A stretch of 63,619 bases of DNA, counting the filler, from Octopus bimaculoides (taxonomy: Eukaryota): assembly GCF_001194135.2 (NCBI RefSeq). It is 7 parts of 7 records of this genome, joined end to end, with 100 filler letters (N's around TTAATTAATTAA, not from the genome) between each part and the next. Parts side by side here need not be neighbours in the genome. Positions count along the whole stretch, not along the records: positions 46,922 to 57,699 come from NC_068995.1; positions 57,800 to 61,273 come from NC_068987.1; positions 61,374 to 62,513 come from NW_026375860.1; positions 62,614 to 63,619 come from NC_069005.1; 3 more parts are not named here. One strand, 5' to 3'. Shown piece by piece: positions 51,114 to 63,619 of the stretch (its first letter is position 1; every line of letters begins with the position of its first letter). The notes under the pieces are model-generated. The model saw nothing but the letters and a program-made list of their open reading frames with translations, had not been told where the DNA came from and made no database searches. The position numbers and the translations under genes are program-made.

Positions 51114-54100
51114 GGGAAAAAATTTGTCACGATCGAAGTTAGATTCGACAGTGAAGAGCGAGCCAAGGACCTCTCCACAAAGTCTTTTGAATGCGAGAAC
51201 TTAATGATGATCCCCATATACCTTGGTCGTAGGGTCACAAAAATAAAAATCAAAGATGTACTCCCTGAGATAGAAATAAAATGGCTTGTGTCTGCCATTT
51301 GTTACGATATCGAGGAGGCACTCCATATCTTGGAAATCGCTATCCTGGACCAGCAAAATTGGATTGGTCAAGGAGTGGAAATCCTTGCTCAAGTTGATCC
51401 AATCAACATTGAAAGGCTTCCACATTTAATCAAACTGGCAGACGATTCGAATTTGCATGTAGCCATTGAAGGCAGAAGGCTACGTTGCTACGTTTGTGGT
51501 AGTAAATCACACCTGAAAATCAATTGTCCATTATCACAGAAACAACAACAGCAACAACAATGACAAAAAACAAGATCAGGAACAACAACAACAACAACCA
51601 CAAGAAAACCAAGAAAAAAAACAGCACTGCTACTTACACCGCTATATGTAGAACTGATAAAACAGCTCTACAAACAAATGAAGGAACATCAACAACCAGC
51701 AAGCCAGCCCAACCAAACGACACCACTATCAGTGCCACTAAGAACAAAAACAACACCATCACCACCACCAACAACAACAACTCTGAAAGAACAAGAGAAA
51801 CCCAAAAGGACAATACCCCACCCCCAAAAAACCATACGCTACATCCCAACTGTCCCCAACCAACAACAAAATCAACACACTCAGAAGTAGACCCCAATAT
51901 CCTTCCCTTCACACCTTCTGATTCGTCCGACATGTCATCAGATGAAGACGACACAGAGGATTGGCAAGTGGCTAGGGAGCAAGGAGAAAAAGAGGAAAAA
52001 AGAATGGAGAAGCAGACAAACAAAGCAGGGAGGTTTATCACTCCCGAAACCAAAATACCTGCAGAAAACAAAAGCATTAACACGAACACACTAACACCAA
52101 AGGGCCCCACAATGTTGACAGTTATAAACACTAACAATCCAGACCTAATGGAATACATAACAGAAAACGATACCAAAACGAATAATCATTCATGCACAAC
52201 ACCACCACAACACATTAAAATCATATATATAACACAGAACACACACAACACAATGAAATCTCTCTACCTGGATGTAGTAGGGAGATTTCAAAAATATCTC
52301 TCTAAAAAACTGTATAAAAACCTTTTAGCAGAAGACTGTGAGATGAAGGACAAACAACTTTCGGACAGTAAGTGACTCTCTCTCATTCTCTTTCGTCTTC
52401 CTTTCGTGTGTAAAACACAAATTTCGATAGGCTCAAAATAGATAGTATAAATGTACGTGGCTTGGGGTCGCCTTGGAAACAAGGCTACCTGTTAAATGAC
52501 ATCAAGTCACAGAATGTGCATATCATAGCCATCAGTGTGACCAGACTCCACAAACCACGGGCCCTCCGCGAACATTTCGACATTTATTTTTCTCCGTGTA
52601 TGCCGAGAATGGGCGGAGGTGGCACCGCAGTGCTTCTTCGGAAGTCTGGACTTCAGAGTAAGAGCAATTATCCGGAGGGTAGGCTGGTCGTCATGGATGT
52701 CGATGGCAGTAGTAGGTGTGCTTTTCGACTGATAACAGTTTATGCACTGTCCTTAATAGGTCGGCCATATTTCTTTCGACATCTAGAGGTTTTCCTGGGT
52801 ACGTCTCGACCTTTATTTTTAGTGGGGGATTAGAACGTTACCTTGGACACGCTTCTAGACTACGTGGGCAGAGATAGTAATAGGAGGGGATGTAAATGCC
52901 TCAAACACCTGCTCAGACGTTTCCAACTGTCTGACAAGTACCGACTGGACCATCCGAATGTGCCAATGTGAACATGGAGCAACCACACTAGGTCGTCCAG
53001 ATCGTATTTCGATAGAGTATTCTGTAGGACAATAGGTTGTCCACAATTCCATATAGTCAGCTACACAGATCACAAATTTGTGACTTGTACACTTGACTTA
53101 GATAAGAGCCACAGGCAGGTTCCCGGTTACTGGAAGCCGAACGCATCGTTCACGACACGTCAGGATTACAGGGACCGGATTAGCACATTAGTTAAGAGAG
53201 CATTGATGGGCGCCATCGTCAACAATAGATAGTGGTATACCCTAAAGAAAGCAATTAAAGCAGTTAGATACAGAAAGGCCTTAGCATTACACCAAAATAG
53301 AATAGAGGGATACCTAGTTAAGAAATTAAAAGAGGCACTTAGAACTGGCATCGCGTCCAACGTACTGGTGGCGAGGTTGGCCCTCGACCAACTCTTTAAC
53401 GCCAAACACGAGGGATGCGTTGCCAGAGCTAGGATGCGTACTCTGAAAAACAAAGGATTTGGAGCCGCCCGAGAAGACCGAGTGGCGGAGGCGCAACGAT
53501 GCAACAAAGCCATCATTACTCAAGCCAGAAAGGATGAAAGTATGTGTGAAGCCTTTCAACAACACTTTGCCCGACTGTTTGGGACAACTGGTGGGCCAGA
53601 ACGCAGAGTGAACTTCAGTGCCTACCTGCATGGCCTGCCACGACGCTCGGCAAAAGAGGCGGAGTGTTGTGAAAGATCCACCACAGCCGCGGACGTACGG
53701 ACGTACGCGATGGCAGGCTGCGCGGAGGACAAGTCGCCAGGCTTGGATGGTCTGCCCTACGAACTTTATTGTCATATACCAGATTTGTTTGGAGGCGTCT
53801 TGGCAGTGGTCTACTGCAACTGGCAGCAAAACAGGAGTATCCCCGTTTCTGTGAAGCGAGTGGCGGTGGCACTGCTAAAGAAAGATCCAAACAAGGTGAA
53901 CGTCATAGATAACTTCAACCCCATCACTGAACGTAGATTTGAAGATTTTGGCCAAGGTGTTAGCCGAGGGCGCTTGTCATCGAGAAACTGGTCAACAAGT
54001 CGCAAACATGCGCCGTGCCGGGCAGGAGTATCCATGACAACCTCCATTTGATGCACTTCATCATAGACAGGGTAATTAAGGAACCTGGCATGGGTGGGGC

Positions 54101-55990
54101 GTTGATCAATTTGGATCAATCAAAAGCTTTCGATAGGGTCGACCATCGTTACTTGGAGACTGTCCTTAGAGCGGCTGGTTTCGGTCCCGTTTTCCGCGGG
54201 GTGGACCACTGTTTTATACAGCGGCATCCGCTCGGTAGTTTGCGTAAATGGTCATGTGTTGAGACCATTTAACACCACGCGTTCGGTCCGTCAAGGATGC
54301 CCCCCTCTCGTCACTTCTGTACGTATTGATTCTAGAGCCACTACCGCGGAAATGGCGACGCTGAGGGGCATCCCGCAAGAACTGGGATGCGGGAGGGGCG
54401 TGTCTGCATACGCGGAAGACGTCACCGTAATGTCGATCCACAGGCATATTGACCTGGTCGGTGAGACACTAAAAGAATACGAAGCGGTAACAGGAACGAA
54501 AATTAACTGGACTGACGGACCTGTTAAATTGCTGGGCGTCTGGTTCGGTCCGAACTTCTATATGGAGAAGAACTCGGACGAGATTACGAGTAGGGTGGCC
54601 AATCTCACCCAGCAATGGGGAAGCTATCCCTAAAAGGTCGGGCGGTGGTGGCGAACGCGTACATCGCACCCGTCATCGATTACCGTCTGACTGTCATGCT
54701 TTGTCCCGACACTACCATCACCAAACTGGAACGCCAACTCTTCTGTTATTTGTGGAAGGGAAGCGTTCCGATGGTTAGGCGATCCATTTACTGTCAACAC
54801 GCGCTAAATGGAGGACTGAGCATGCCGTGGTTGATGATGCACAGACATGCGCTGAGACTGCGACATCTCCGGCGCTTCATAGACGATGGTGAACAGGTGT
54901 GGTCGCCTTTTGTGAGGTGCGCTTTTCCGCAACTCGTCTCTTTAGCCGATCTGTAATCGTGGATCAAACAGAGACTGAGGCTAGGCGAATGGNNNNNNNN
55001 NNNNNNNNNNNNNNNNNNNNNNNNNNNNNNNNNNNNNNNNNNNNNNNNNNNNNNNNNNNNNNNNNNNNNNNNNNNNNNNNNNNNNNNNNNNNNNNNNNNN
55101 NNNNNNNNNNNNNNNNNNNNNNNNNNNNNNNNNNNNNNNNNNNNNNNNNNNNNNNNNNNNNNNNNNNNNNNNNNNNNNNNNNNNNNNNNNNNNNNNNNNN
55201 NNNNNNNNNNNNNNNNNNNNNNNNNNNNNNNNNNNNNNNNNNNNNNNNNNNNNNNNNNNNNNNNNNNNNNNNNNNNNNNNNNNNNNNNNNNNNNNNNNNN
55301 NNNNNNNNNNNNNNNNNNNNNNNNNNNNNNNNNNNNNNNNNNNNNNNNNNNNACCACTTCGGACCTGTGGGCCTATGCCGAACGGCTGATGTCACGTATG
55401 GGACGAATTCGGTTGTCGGCCGAGTCTATCGTGAAAACTGCTATGCCACCTTCCCTTAACCAGGAAGGCAAGGCAGTCTTCATCGTACTGGTGGCCATGG
55501 TGAAAGAATGTGTGTGGTGGAGTCGTGTGAAAGGTTTAAAGACAAACACTTTCCTCTCTGGCCAATCGCTCATCAATTTTTCCAAGTACTACTTGAAAAG
55601 GAAGTTGAGAATAGAAAGGAAACGTTTGTCTCATGAAAGATTCAATAAAAGGTGTAGCAAAGGTGGTACGCGCAAATGACGAAACAACTTTGAGCATGAT
55701 GCTGTAAATCGAAAAGAGAGAGAGAGAGAGAGAGAGAGCATTTGCTCTCATGTGTTTTTTCCCCTCCCTGCCAGGTTACCGTGGTCTTTTTCGTAGGCTT
55801 TTCTTTCCACGAATAAACCTAGTTTGTTTTTTTGCATTTTTACTATTTGATCTCTTGTTTCCTTACACGATTCCATTTGATCGGAAATTTATTTTCTCCT
55901 CCTTTTTTTCTAATTTCTTCTTTTTCTTTCGAAAAGAAAAGCTTGGAAATGGATGCGTGGCGTTCAATTAAATAATAACATAAACAATAT
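51114..55990 (+). mobile_element. Near-full-length degenerate L1/Tx1-like LINE (ORF1 with CCHC knuckle, ORF2 APE + RT, 3' UTR)
   Basis: ORF1 VAIEGRRLRCYVCGSKSHLKINC (C-x2-C-x4-H-x4-C, 51486-51527). ORF2 INVRGL (about 52450), FLVGD, KSPGLDGLPYELY, GRSIHDNL, LDQSKAFDRVDH, SVRQGCP, AYAEDV, LLGVWF. T-rich 3' UTR ends ttaaataataa-(TA)n. Many frameshifts and stops. Confidence 0.93.
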
Positions 55991-55991
55991 A

Positions 55992-56031
<40 letters not shown>

Positions 56032-56098
56032 CATAAAAAATTAATCGAATGAGATAAAAATCCAAGGCTGTGAAAGATTTCAGAACATTTATAAAGAG

Positions 56099-56146
56099 GT
56101 CTTACAGCTGTTTCCGAGATATTTTATATGTCCCTTCATCGGAGAC
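56099..56146 (-). ncRNA. Hammerhead candidate, CCGAUGA core variant (copy 2)
   Basis: GUCU-CCGAUGA-AGGGACAU/AUAAA/AUAUCUCG-GAA-ACAGCUGU-A-AGAC. Differences from the 26195 copy fall only in helix II and its loop. Confidence 0.65.
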
Positions 56147-56338
56147 GGTGCGAGAAGATGGTTAAGCAATAGTTATTCTAGAGAAGATATGAAATAGAGA
56201 GTGAAGTGGAGGAATGAAAACAGACATGAGATATGCAGGGATATTGTATCTGCAGTTCCATTATTTAAGCAGAATGGTATACATATAAGTTTCTTGTACC
56301 TTGCGTGTAAGTTCCAGGGTACAGAATACATATATACA

Positions 56339-56824
56339 TATATGGGTACCAACTGTGTAAACAGCATGAAGTACGAAAACAAACGAGTTAAATAAGCAAA
56401 CAACGAGAGAAAGAAATGGAAAACAGGACAAGTAACATAGAAAACGACCCTTCATCAGTTGTCGGCTGTCTATCTACTCCTCATTTCGAACATTCAACGA
56501 CAATATGAGTCTTCGAAGACAGTTGATCCCATAAATTCCAAAATAAAATTTGGGGTTTATGGAGAGTCAAAGTTGGGTACAAAAACAGAACAGTAGAGTC
56601 ATACAAGGAAACCGAACGAAAACAAACATGGAGGGTCATTGGAAAAGGACGAGGGGGAAAACAGTGAGCGCTGGGAGAAATATTTTCTTTGAAAAGACAA
56701 AAGATAGAAGAGAAAGATAGAAGACGTCCAGTCCTTAGAAAGTCGTTTAGGAAAAGAAAGATGGTCACGTGAGAAGAAAGATAGAGGATGGTCGCGCGTG
56801 AGCAACGTGAGAGAAGAAAGAGAA

Positions 56825-56874
<50 letters not shown>

Positions 56875-57498
56875 ATAAAACAGTGAAGGGGAGAAAAGGG
56901 AATTAGACAAGGATGGAGGAGACTCTATACTGTTTTCTCCCCCAACCTTATCTAATTCCTTTTTCCCCTTCACCGTTTTCTGTATTTCTCTCTCTCCTCT
57001 CTCTCACTTTTCTCTCTCTCGTTGCTCATACATGACCATCGTCCATCTTTCTTTTCCTCACGTGACCAACTTTCTTTTCCTGCATGACATTCTAAGAACT
57101 AGACGTCTTCTATCTCTCTCTTCTATCTTTTCTCTTTTCAAAGAAAATATTTCTCCCAGCGTTCACTATTTTCCCCTCGCCCTGGTCTAATGACCCTTCA
57201 TGTTTGTTTTCTTTCGGTTTCCTTGTATGTCGCCACTGTTCTGTTTTTGTTCCCAACTTTGGCCCTCCATAAATCCAAAATTTTATTTTGGAATTTATGG
57301 GAGCAACTGTCTTCGATGACGCATATTGTCATTGAATGCTCTAAATAAGGAGTAAATGGACAGCCGACAACTGATGAAGGGTCGTTTTCTATGTTATTTG
57401 TCCTGTTTTTCATTTTTTCTTGTTGTTTGCGTATTTAACTCGTTTGTTTTCATACTTCATGTTGTTTACACAGTTGGTGACATCCTGTACCCATATAT
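56339..57498. repeat. About 1.16-kb foldback element (arms 56339-56912 and 56946-57498, 33-nt loop)
   Basis: Arms are reverse complements, roughly 80-85% identical by eye. Confidence 0.92.
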
Positions 57499-57699
57499 GC
57501 ATATATATATATATATATATAAACAATATATGAGTATATGCATATATATGTACATGTATGTATATACGTTCATCTACATGTACATATAGATACATAACTG
57601 GGTACATGACGTGGCAAAAGAACAAGGACAAAATGGTAAACAAGGTGCAACAAACAAGCAGGCCACATAGAAACATCCCCTTCATCAGCTGCCACCATT

Positions 57700-57799
57700 N
57701 NNNNNNNNNNNNNNNNNNNNNNNNNNNNNNNNNNNNNNNNNNNTTAATTAATTAANNNNNNNNNNNNNNNNNNNNNNNNNNNNNNNNNNNNNNNNNNNN
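57700..57799. other. Artificial assembly linker
   Basis: 44N-TTAATTAATTAA(57744-57755)-44N. Confidence 0.95.
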
Positions 57800-57944
57800 T
57801 TTTTTGTTCTATGTGTGCCATAAATATCGCCATCCGCTTTAGAGAAAAATTTGTAGTTTAGAATCAGTAGTTCTTTGACTGCTATTTCTAAATTTTCAGT
57901 ATGTTGGAGAAGCAACTCAATTGCTAATCCCTGTATATTTATAA

Positions 57945-57978
<34 letters not shown>

Positions 57979-58473
57979 CAAGCACAGGCTTTCCTTTCAT
58001 ACATTGAGAGTTTTTTTTTTTGTTATGACAAATAGATATTTTTGTAATTATAGAATTTTAACCCAATTTTAATGTTTTGCGACTCAAATGGTAAAAGTTA
58101 AAATCCCAAGCGTACAGATCAATAACCCATCAAATGAAGATATTTATGTTCCAAAGCCAACATGTGATAGATACATTATCACTAAAGGCATTTCCCATCG
58201 CACACTTTTGTCATTTATCAGATGTGGACCCACACTTCCAGGGTAAGTTATCTGGAGTTGAGAAATTTTGTATGCTGGATCAAATCGTTTGGTCTTTTGA
58301 GATTCTAGGAGTTCTGTGAAATCTCTTAACTTTCCTATCTCACTTTTCTGTGAAAAACTGATACATGTTTAGATATTTCATCATCATAGCTTACGTGTAT
58401 GTGTACCTATACACACATATATACTCATATATACATACATATACACATACATACATATACACATACATATATA

Positions 58474-58517
<44 letters not shown>

Positions 58518-59353
58518 CTCACACATACATACACATAGACATGTGTGTATACACTGACTCTCAGTACATGTGTTCGTGTGTCTGTTTATATATGTGTGCA
58601 TAAATATATGATTATTTTCAGCATACCCTGACCGTTTAATTCAGACCCCTTTTTTACTCTCCTTTTCTCTCCGCATTTATCCTTTCTCTAGAAGAGCGTA
58701 GGTACGAAACGTTAAATACTTCTTTCGTTTTTCCTGAGCGCTAAACAAATACACCGTTTGTTGTTCTCTCATCTCGTTTTTGTACTGTTTTGATCTTTAT
58801 TCTTTTTGATGTTTGGACCATGTATATAAACACACACGCACACACACATACACGTATATATGCACATGCATACACGCACATACATCATACACATTCACAC
58901 ATAAACACATAATATACATATATGTATATAATAACTATTGGAGTTCAAGTGATCGCCTAAGCTAAACATGGGCAAAATTGTTTGAGAAACGCGTCGCATT
59001 ACAGATGGCTCACCATCAGGCGAGCTGTAGTCTTCATAGGCAGCGTAACAGCTGGGCTACACCAAGCTCAAAAATATTAAGTACTGGGGTTGATTGAAAT
59101 TTCTAAAAGCGAGCCCTAGCATGGCGGTAGATTAATGAAAGAAACAAATAAAAGATATGTATGTATGTGTATGTGTGTGTGTGTGTGTGTGTGAATATAT
59201 ATATATATATATATGATATAAATATCATTTGGGTTATGTTAGTCTCTTTCTATTCTAGTGTTTCGCTTGTATGTTTACAGGCTCATCAAGCGTGTTTTGT
59301 TATAACTCGCCTGATCATCTTGTAAGCTCACAGGCGAAAGTCAAGAGCACCAA

Positions 59354-59441
<88 letters not shown>

Positions 59442-59499
59442 GGATAAACAGCTAGGTACATGTGTGTGCATATACTTATATGTATTATATATATATATA

Positions 59500-60665
59500 C
59501 ACGAAGGGTGTTCATTAAAGCTTTTTCCAGACCCACTACCCGTTAATGCAGGAAACGGAACTTGTATTGGTATAATCATACATGTCTTTACATGTTACAT
59601 TGTAAATTGTAGCTTTTCATCAGTAATCGTTTGGTTTTTACGGCTGCTGAAGTGGACTAAGTCGTGATAATGAAGGCAGTTGAAAGCAGATCAGTGATCA
59701 GGTTCTTTTACTTGGAAGAGACTTTCAATGAGATGAAAGAAGTTTATTGTGACGATTCACCATCATACGACGTAGTCAAGCACTGGCATCGCCAGTTCAA
59801 ATGTGGTCGGACGTCGGTGGAAACTGCTCTTATTCCTGGAGGACCATATTCCGCCATTGACGACGACACCATCCATAAAGTGGAAGCCGCCATTTTGGAG
59901 GATCACCGTATAACTATTAGGCAACTAGCCCAAGAAGTGAAGATAAGTGTAGCGTCCGTGCAAAATATCATTCACGGCCATTTGCACAAGCGGAAGTTGT
60001 CTGTACAATGGATCCCCCGGATGTTCACATTTTCAGGAGCAGGAACGAGTCAATTGCTCCCAGGATCTTTTAGTAATGTGCCAAGAAAACGAGGAGGGCC
60101 TTTTGGCAGATTTATCACACAAAATGAGACATGGGTGCAATACTATGACCCTGAGACTAAAATCCAGTCAATGCAATAGAAGCATGATAACTCACCACCT
60201 CCAAAGAAGGATCGTGTCGAACCCTCAGCAGGCGAGGTGATGCTTACAGTCTTTTGGAACCAACGTGGAATAGTGATTATGGATTTTCTGGCAAAGGGCA
60301 CCATAGTTAGCAGGGCATATCATGCTTCTCTGCTGCAGAAATTGCGGGACACCATCAAAGCAGAGAGGCATGGCATGCTGACCAAAGGAGTACACCTCCT
60401 CCAATACGCATATTGTCCAGATGTAAGCACACTCCTTCGGCTATGAAATCCCTCCTCATCACCCTTAGACTCCCGACCTTGCACTATCTGACTGCCACCT
60501 CTTTCCAACTATGTAGGCTTTTTGAAAGGCAAGCACTTTTCGGATGATGATAAAGGTAAAGTCTTGGCAGGAAACGTAATCTACCGACTTCTACTGACGA
60601 AGTCTTCTTAGCTGCATGAAGCGATGGGAGAAATGTGTCACCATTGGTGGTGGCTACATATAGAA
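59500..60665 (+). mobile_element. Degenerate mariner transposon (second family)
   Basis: RSVIRFFYL, SYDVVKHWHRQFKCG, RITIRQLA, WIPR, ETWVQYYDPETKIQSMQ, VMLTVFWNQRG and HP*TPDLALSDCHLFP. 3' TIR not found. Confidence 0.92.
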
Positions 60666-60805
60666 GGACGTAATGATTATGTCAAATCTCCTATATATAT
60701 ATATATATTTGACAGGAAGGACAACAAAAGAAAGAAAGAGACCTCGATATTATATAAATAGAGGAATTTATCTGTAAAAATATGTGACACTTATTCAGTA
60801 GCCAA

Positions 60806-60866
60806 GATAAAACTCCGAGTTTCGGTTGCCAGGGTGGGAGCACACGCCAACATCTCTTCAGTTATC
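60806..60866 (-). ncRNA. Type I hammerhead candidate (GUU triplet)
   Basis: GAUAA-CUGAAGA-G[AU]GUUGGC...GGCAACC-GAA-ACUC/G/GAGU-U-UUAUC. 5-bp helix I, palindromic helix III. Confidence 0.6.
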
Positions 60867-60948
60867 CGGCCAATTGAAAATTCCTGTGAAAAATGACCCT
60901 TTGTTTTTAACGGTCATTTTTCACATGAATTTTCAATTNNNNNNNNNN

Positions 60949-61191
60949 TTCCGCAACATATGTGTGAACAACACATGCAACCAGCATGCCAAAGAACAAC
61001 ATGGCGGTGTACTGGACAGAATTAGCATAGAAATCCTGTCTAGACGTCACCTCGGTGACGCATCGTTGCGACAAATACAGGAGTCGGTCCTCATAACTGA
61101 AACGCAACCAATTTTGAACACCAAATACACGTAGATGAGGGCCTTACAATTGCCCATAGTTGCATGTGTTGTTCACACATATGATGCGGAA
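60949..61191. mobile_element. MITE-like unit with 33-bp inverted repeats
   Basis: ttccgcaacatatgtgtgaacaacacatgcaac (60949-81) vs gttgcatgtgttgttcacacatatgatgcggaa (61159-91), 32/33. Left flank lies in a gap. Confidence 0.65.
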
Positions 61192-61273
61192 TATGAACGT
61201 AAATAAATAAATTTAAATTTAAAAAAAAAAAAGTCTCTATCTGATCTGATATAAACGAAATTATTACAAACAC

Positions 61274-61373
61274 NNNNNNNNNNNNNNNNNNNNNNNNNNN
61301 NNNNNNNNNNNNNNNNNTTAATTAATTAANNNNNNNNNNNNNNNNNNNNNNNNNNNNNNNNNNNNNNNNNNNN
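61274..61373. other. Artificial assembly linker
   Basis: 44N-TTAATTAATTAA(61318-61329)-44N. Confidence 0.95.
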
Positions 61374-62154
61374 ATGTATGTATTTATGTATGTAGGTATG
61401 TATGTATGTATGTATGTATGTATATACACACACATGTATATACTTATATATGTATATACACATGGATAGGCAGACAGAAGTTTTATACTACCATTTTCAA
61501 AAAAAAAAAAAAAGAAAACCAAAATTCCTGATTATTTGGTCTTAAAAAATAAAAACAGCATTTCTAAGTATTGGATTCTTTTCTCATTTTTATTTTAATC
61601 CCAAAGTTTTTAGTTTTTAAAGGAGGAGAAATAGAGTGCTTTAACGTTAATACTTTTCCCCAAAGGATACCAGCAATGTTTGTCTCCCAGTAGCAGAGGG
61701 ATGAACAGCACAGTCAGTCCTTGTAAGGATTTTTGCGTTTTATTTATTTATTTCTAAAGGCGTAGTCAGAGAGAGAAGTGCTGTACCCATGTTATCTTTA
61801 AGCTAGGGACATGGACCAAATGCCTACAACAAAGTGAATTCCGATAAAGGTACCCAAGCGCCTAGGACGCCTAAGTATACAGGTGCGTAGCTAGGGAACG
61901 GGCAGCAGAGGGACCGTCTGCTTTGGACGACGCTTTATAAGTGGGTAGCACTTTTAGGACTACTGCATAGGCCGTGAGGGCCCGCGGGAGAAGACAATCT
62001 CAAGGGTGCCCTGGATATTCTAACTGTGCCCTGGTAGATATAGTGATATTATGGTCCTTTTCGCCGGCTTTCACACAGCTTCAGTCGAGAATATACTAGA
62101 AGACACTTGGCTAAGATGACAAGCGATTGGATCGAACACGAAATGACGTACTCA

Positions 62155-62393
62155 AAAGGGGTTCATATAAGATTTTGTTGTTAAAATTTATCTACAATAA
62201 ATTGGTTATCTACAATAAATTGGTTATACTTGTACAATACACAAAATATTTTCACAATTTGTTAATACAATTCCTGATAATATTTAATTTATAAAGATAT
62301 GATATTTTTTAACCATCGTATGGCTTAGAGGGTTCATCCGAATAAAATAGTAACCAAAGGGGTCGATAGGTAAAAAATGGTTGGGAACCACTG
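62155..62393. mobile_element. hAT-type MITE 3' part
   Basis: Ends aaaaaatggttgggaaccactg, the reverse complement of a CAGTGGTTCCCAACC-type TIR. Partner TIR not seen. Confidence 0.45.
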
Positions 62394-62473
62394 GCTTAAA
62401 GTTTCATGACGCTACAACTAATCTGGACACCGTTCTGAAGGGTTTGCCCAAATAAATGAACCCCAGCACTTCT

Positions 62474-62513
<40 letters not shown>

Positions 62514-62613
62514 NNNNNNNNNNNNNNNNNNNNNNNNNNNNNNNNNNNNNNNNNNNNTTAATTAATTAANNNNNNNNNNNNNNNNNNNNNNNNNNNNNNN
62601 NNNNNNNNNNNNN
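62514..62613. other. Artificial assembly linker
   Basis: 44N-TTAATTAATTAA(62558-62569)-44N. Confidence 0.95.
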
Positions 62614-62742
62614 AAGAGGAGGAAGAGGAGGAGGGGAGGGGAAGTGGAAAAGGAGGTGGGGATTGTCTGTCCGTGGTATATAACATTCATTACATGTAAG
62701 GAAGAATAGAAGAGAGAAAGGAAAAAGAGAAAGAAAGAAAGC

Positions 62743-62776
<34 letters not shown>

Positions 62777-62859
62777 AAATGCGTACGTGAAAGAAATGAA
62801 GGTACAACTGAATGACTACCAATCATATCCATGTATCCATCCATACACACACACACACG

Positions 62860-63040
62860 AACATACATACATACATGCATACATACATACATATATACAT
62901 ACATACACGCACACATACATACATACATATATACATACATACACACACACATACATACATACATATATACATACATACACACACACATACATACATATAT
63001 ATATACATACATACACACACACATACATACATATATATAT
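62860..63040. repeat. Microsatellite with 36-bp higher-order period
   Basis: Repeating 12-residue pattern YIHTHTHTYIHI in the ORF track. Confidence 0.75.
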
Positions 63041-63237
63041 ATATGTATATATGTATACTTTTAATATTTAGCAGAGGCAAAAGAGTGACTCAATGGTCGA
63101 CAGTTTCGTCCATGCGCATCTATCAAACGTACGAAACACACGGCTCTGAGTCACTGTTGCTTCAGCTGAATATTAATAATAATATACTTTACTTATACTC
63201 ATATTTTGAGTTCTATTTTTCTTCTTTGCTTCACCAA

Positions 63238-63286
<49 letters not shown>

Positions 63287-63434
63287 ACACGGAAAAATAT
63301 AGATATGTAAATACACACACACATATATATATATGTGAATATGCATATTTCATACATATATATATGGATCCGTGTGTGCTTGTGTGTGTGTTGCTCTGTG
63401 TGCGCTCGTGTGTGTTTGTGTGTGTTTTGGGTTG

Positions 63435-63467
<33 letters not shown>

Positions 63468-63559
63468 AGTGCGCGCGCGCCTTTGTGTGCGTATGTACTT
63501 TTGTGTCTGTGCCTCTGTGTGTGTATACGTGTGTTTTGTGTGTGTGCGTGTGTGTGTGC

Positions 63560-63619
<60 letters not shown>
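63435..63619. repeat. (GT)n-rich microsatellite to window end
   Basis: Visible. Confidence 0.9.

Noticed and set aside
51524-52375. 283-aa T/N/K-rich ORF as an independent gene
   Set aside because: It directly continues the LINE ORF1 zinc knuckle (frameshifted) and precedes ORF2, so it is part of the element

Overview
Repeat-saturated animal (eukaryotic) DNA with about 25 N-gaps. I recognise no host protein-coding exon, rRNA, tRNA gene or CRISPR array. The dense microsatellites and tRNA-headed SINE families resemble an octopod cephalopod genome (inference from recollection, no search run). The window consists of seven pieces joined by an artificial 44N-TTAATTAATTAA-44N linker, so adjacency across linkers is not evidence. 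Recognisable relics: a Penelope-like element (RT + GIY-YIG), four pieces of an L1/Tx1-type LINE family, an R4/Dong-type RLE LINE fragment, four mariner relics plus a mariner MITE, a piggyBac relic, a hAT MITE with 8-bp TSD, two Helitron-type ends and about 20 SINE copies. The main signal not explained by the ORF track is a population of about a dozen type I hammerhead-ribozyme-like motifs (CUGANGA...GAAA...GUH) from several unrelated sequence families, with compensatory helices. They include a back-to-back palindromic pair (713-924), a canonical GUC hammerhead (25013-25078), a direct-repeat pair with cleavage sites 531 nt apart (retrozyme-like), forms with long helix-II insertions, and forms with a self-complementary helix III that could dimerise. 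All folds were derived by eye and none is shown to cleave.
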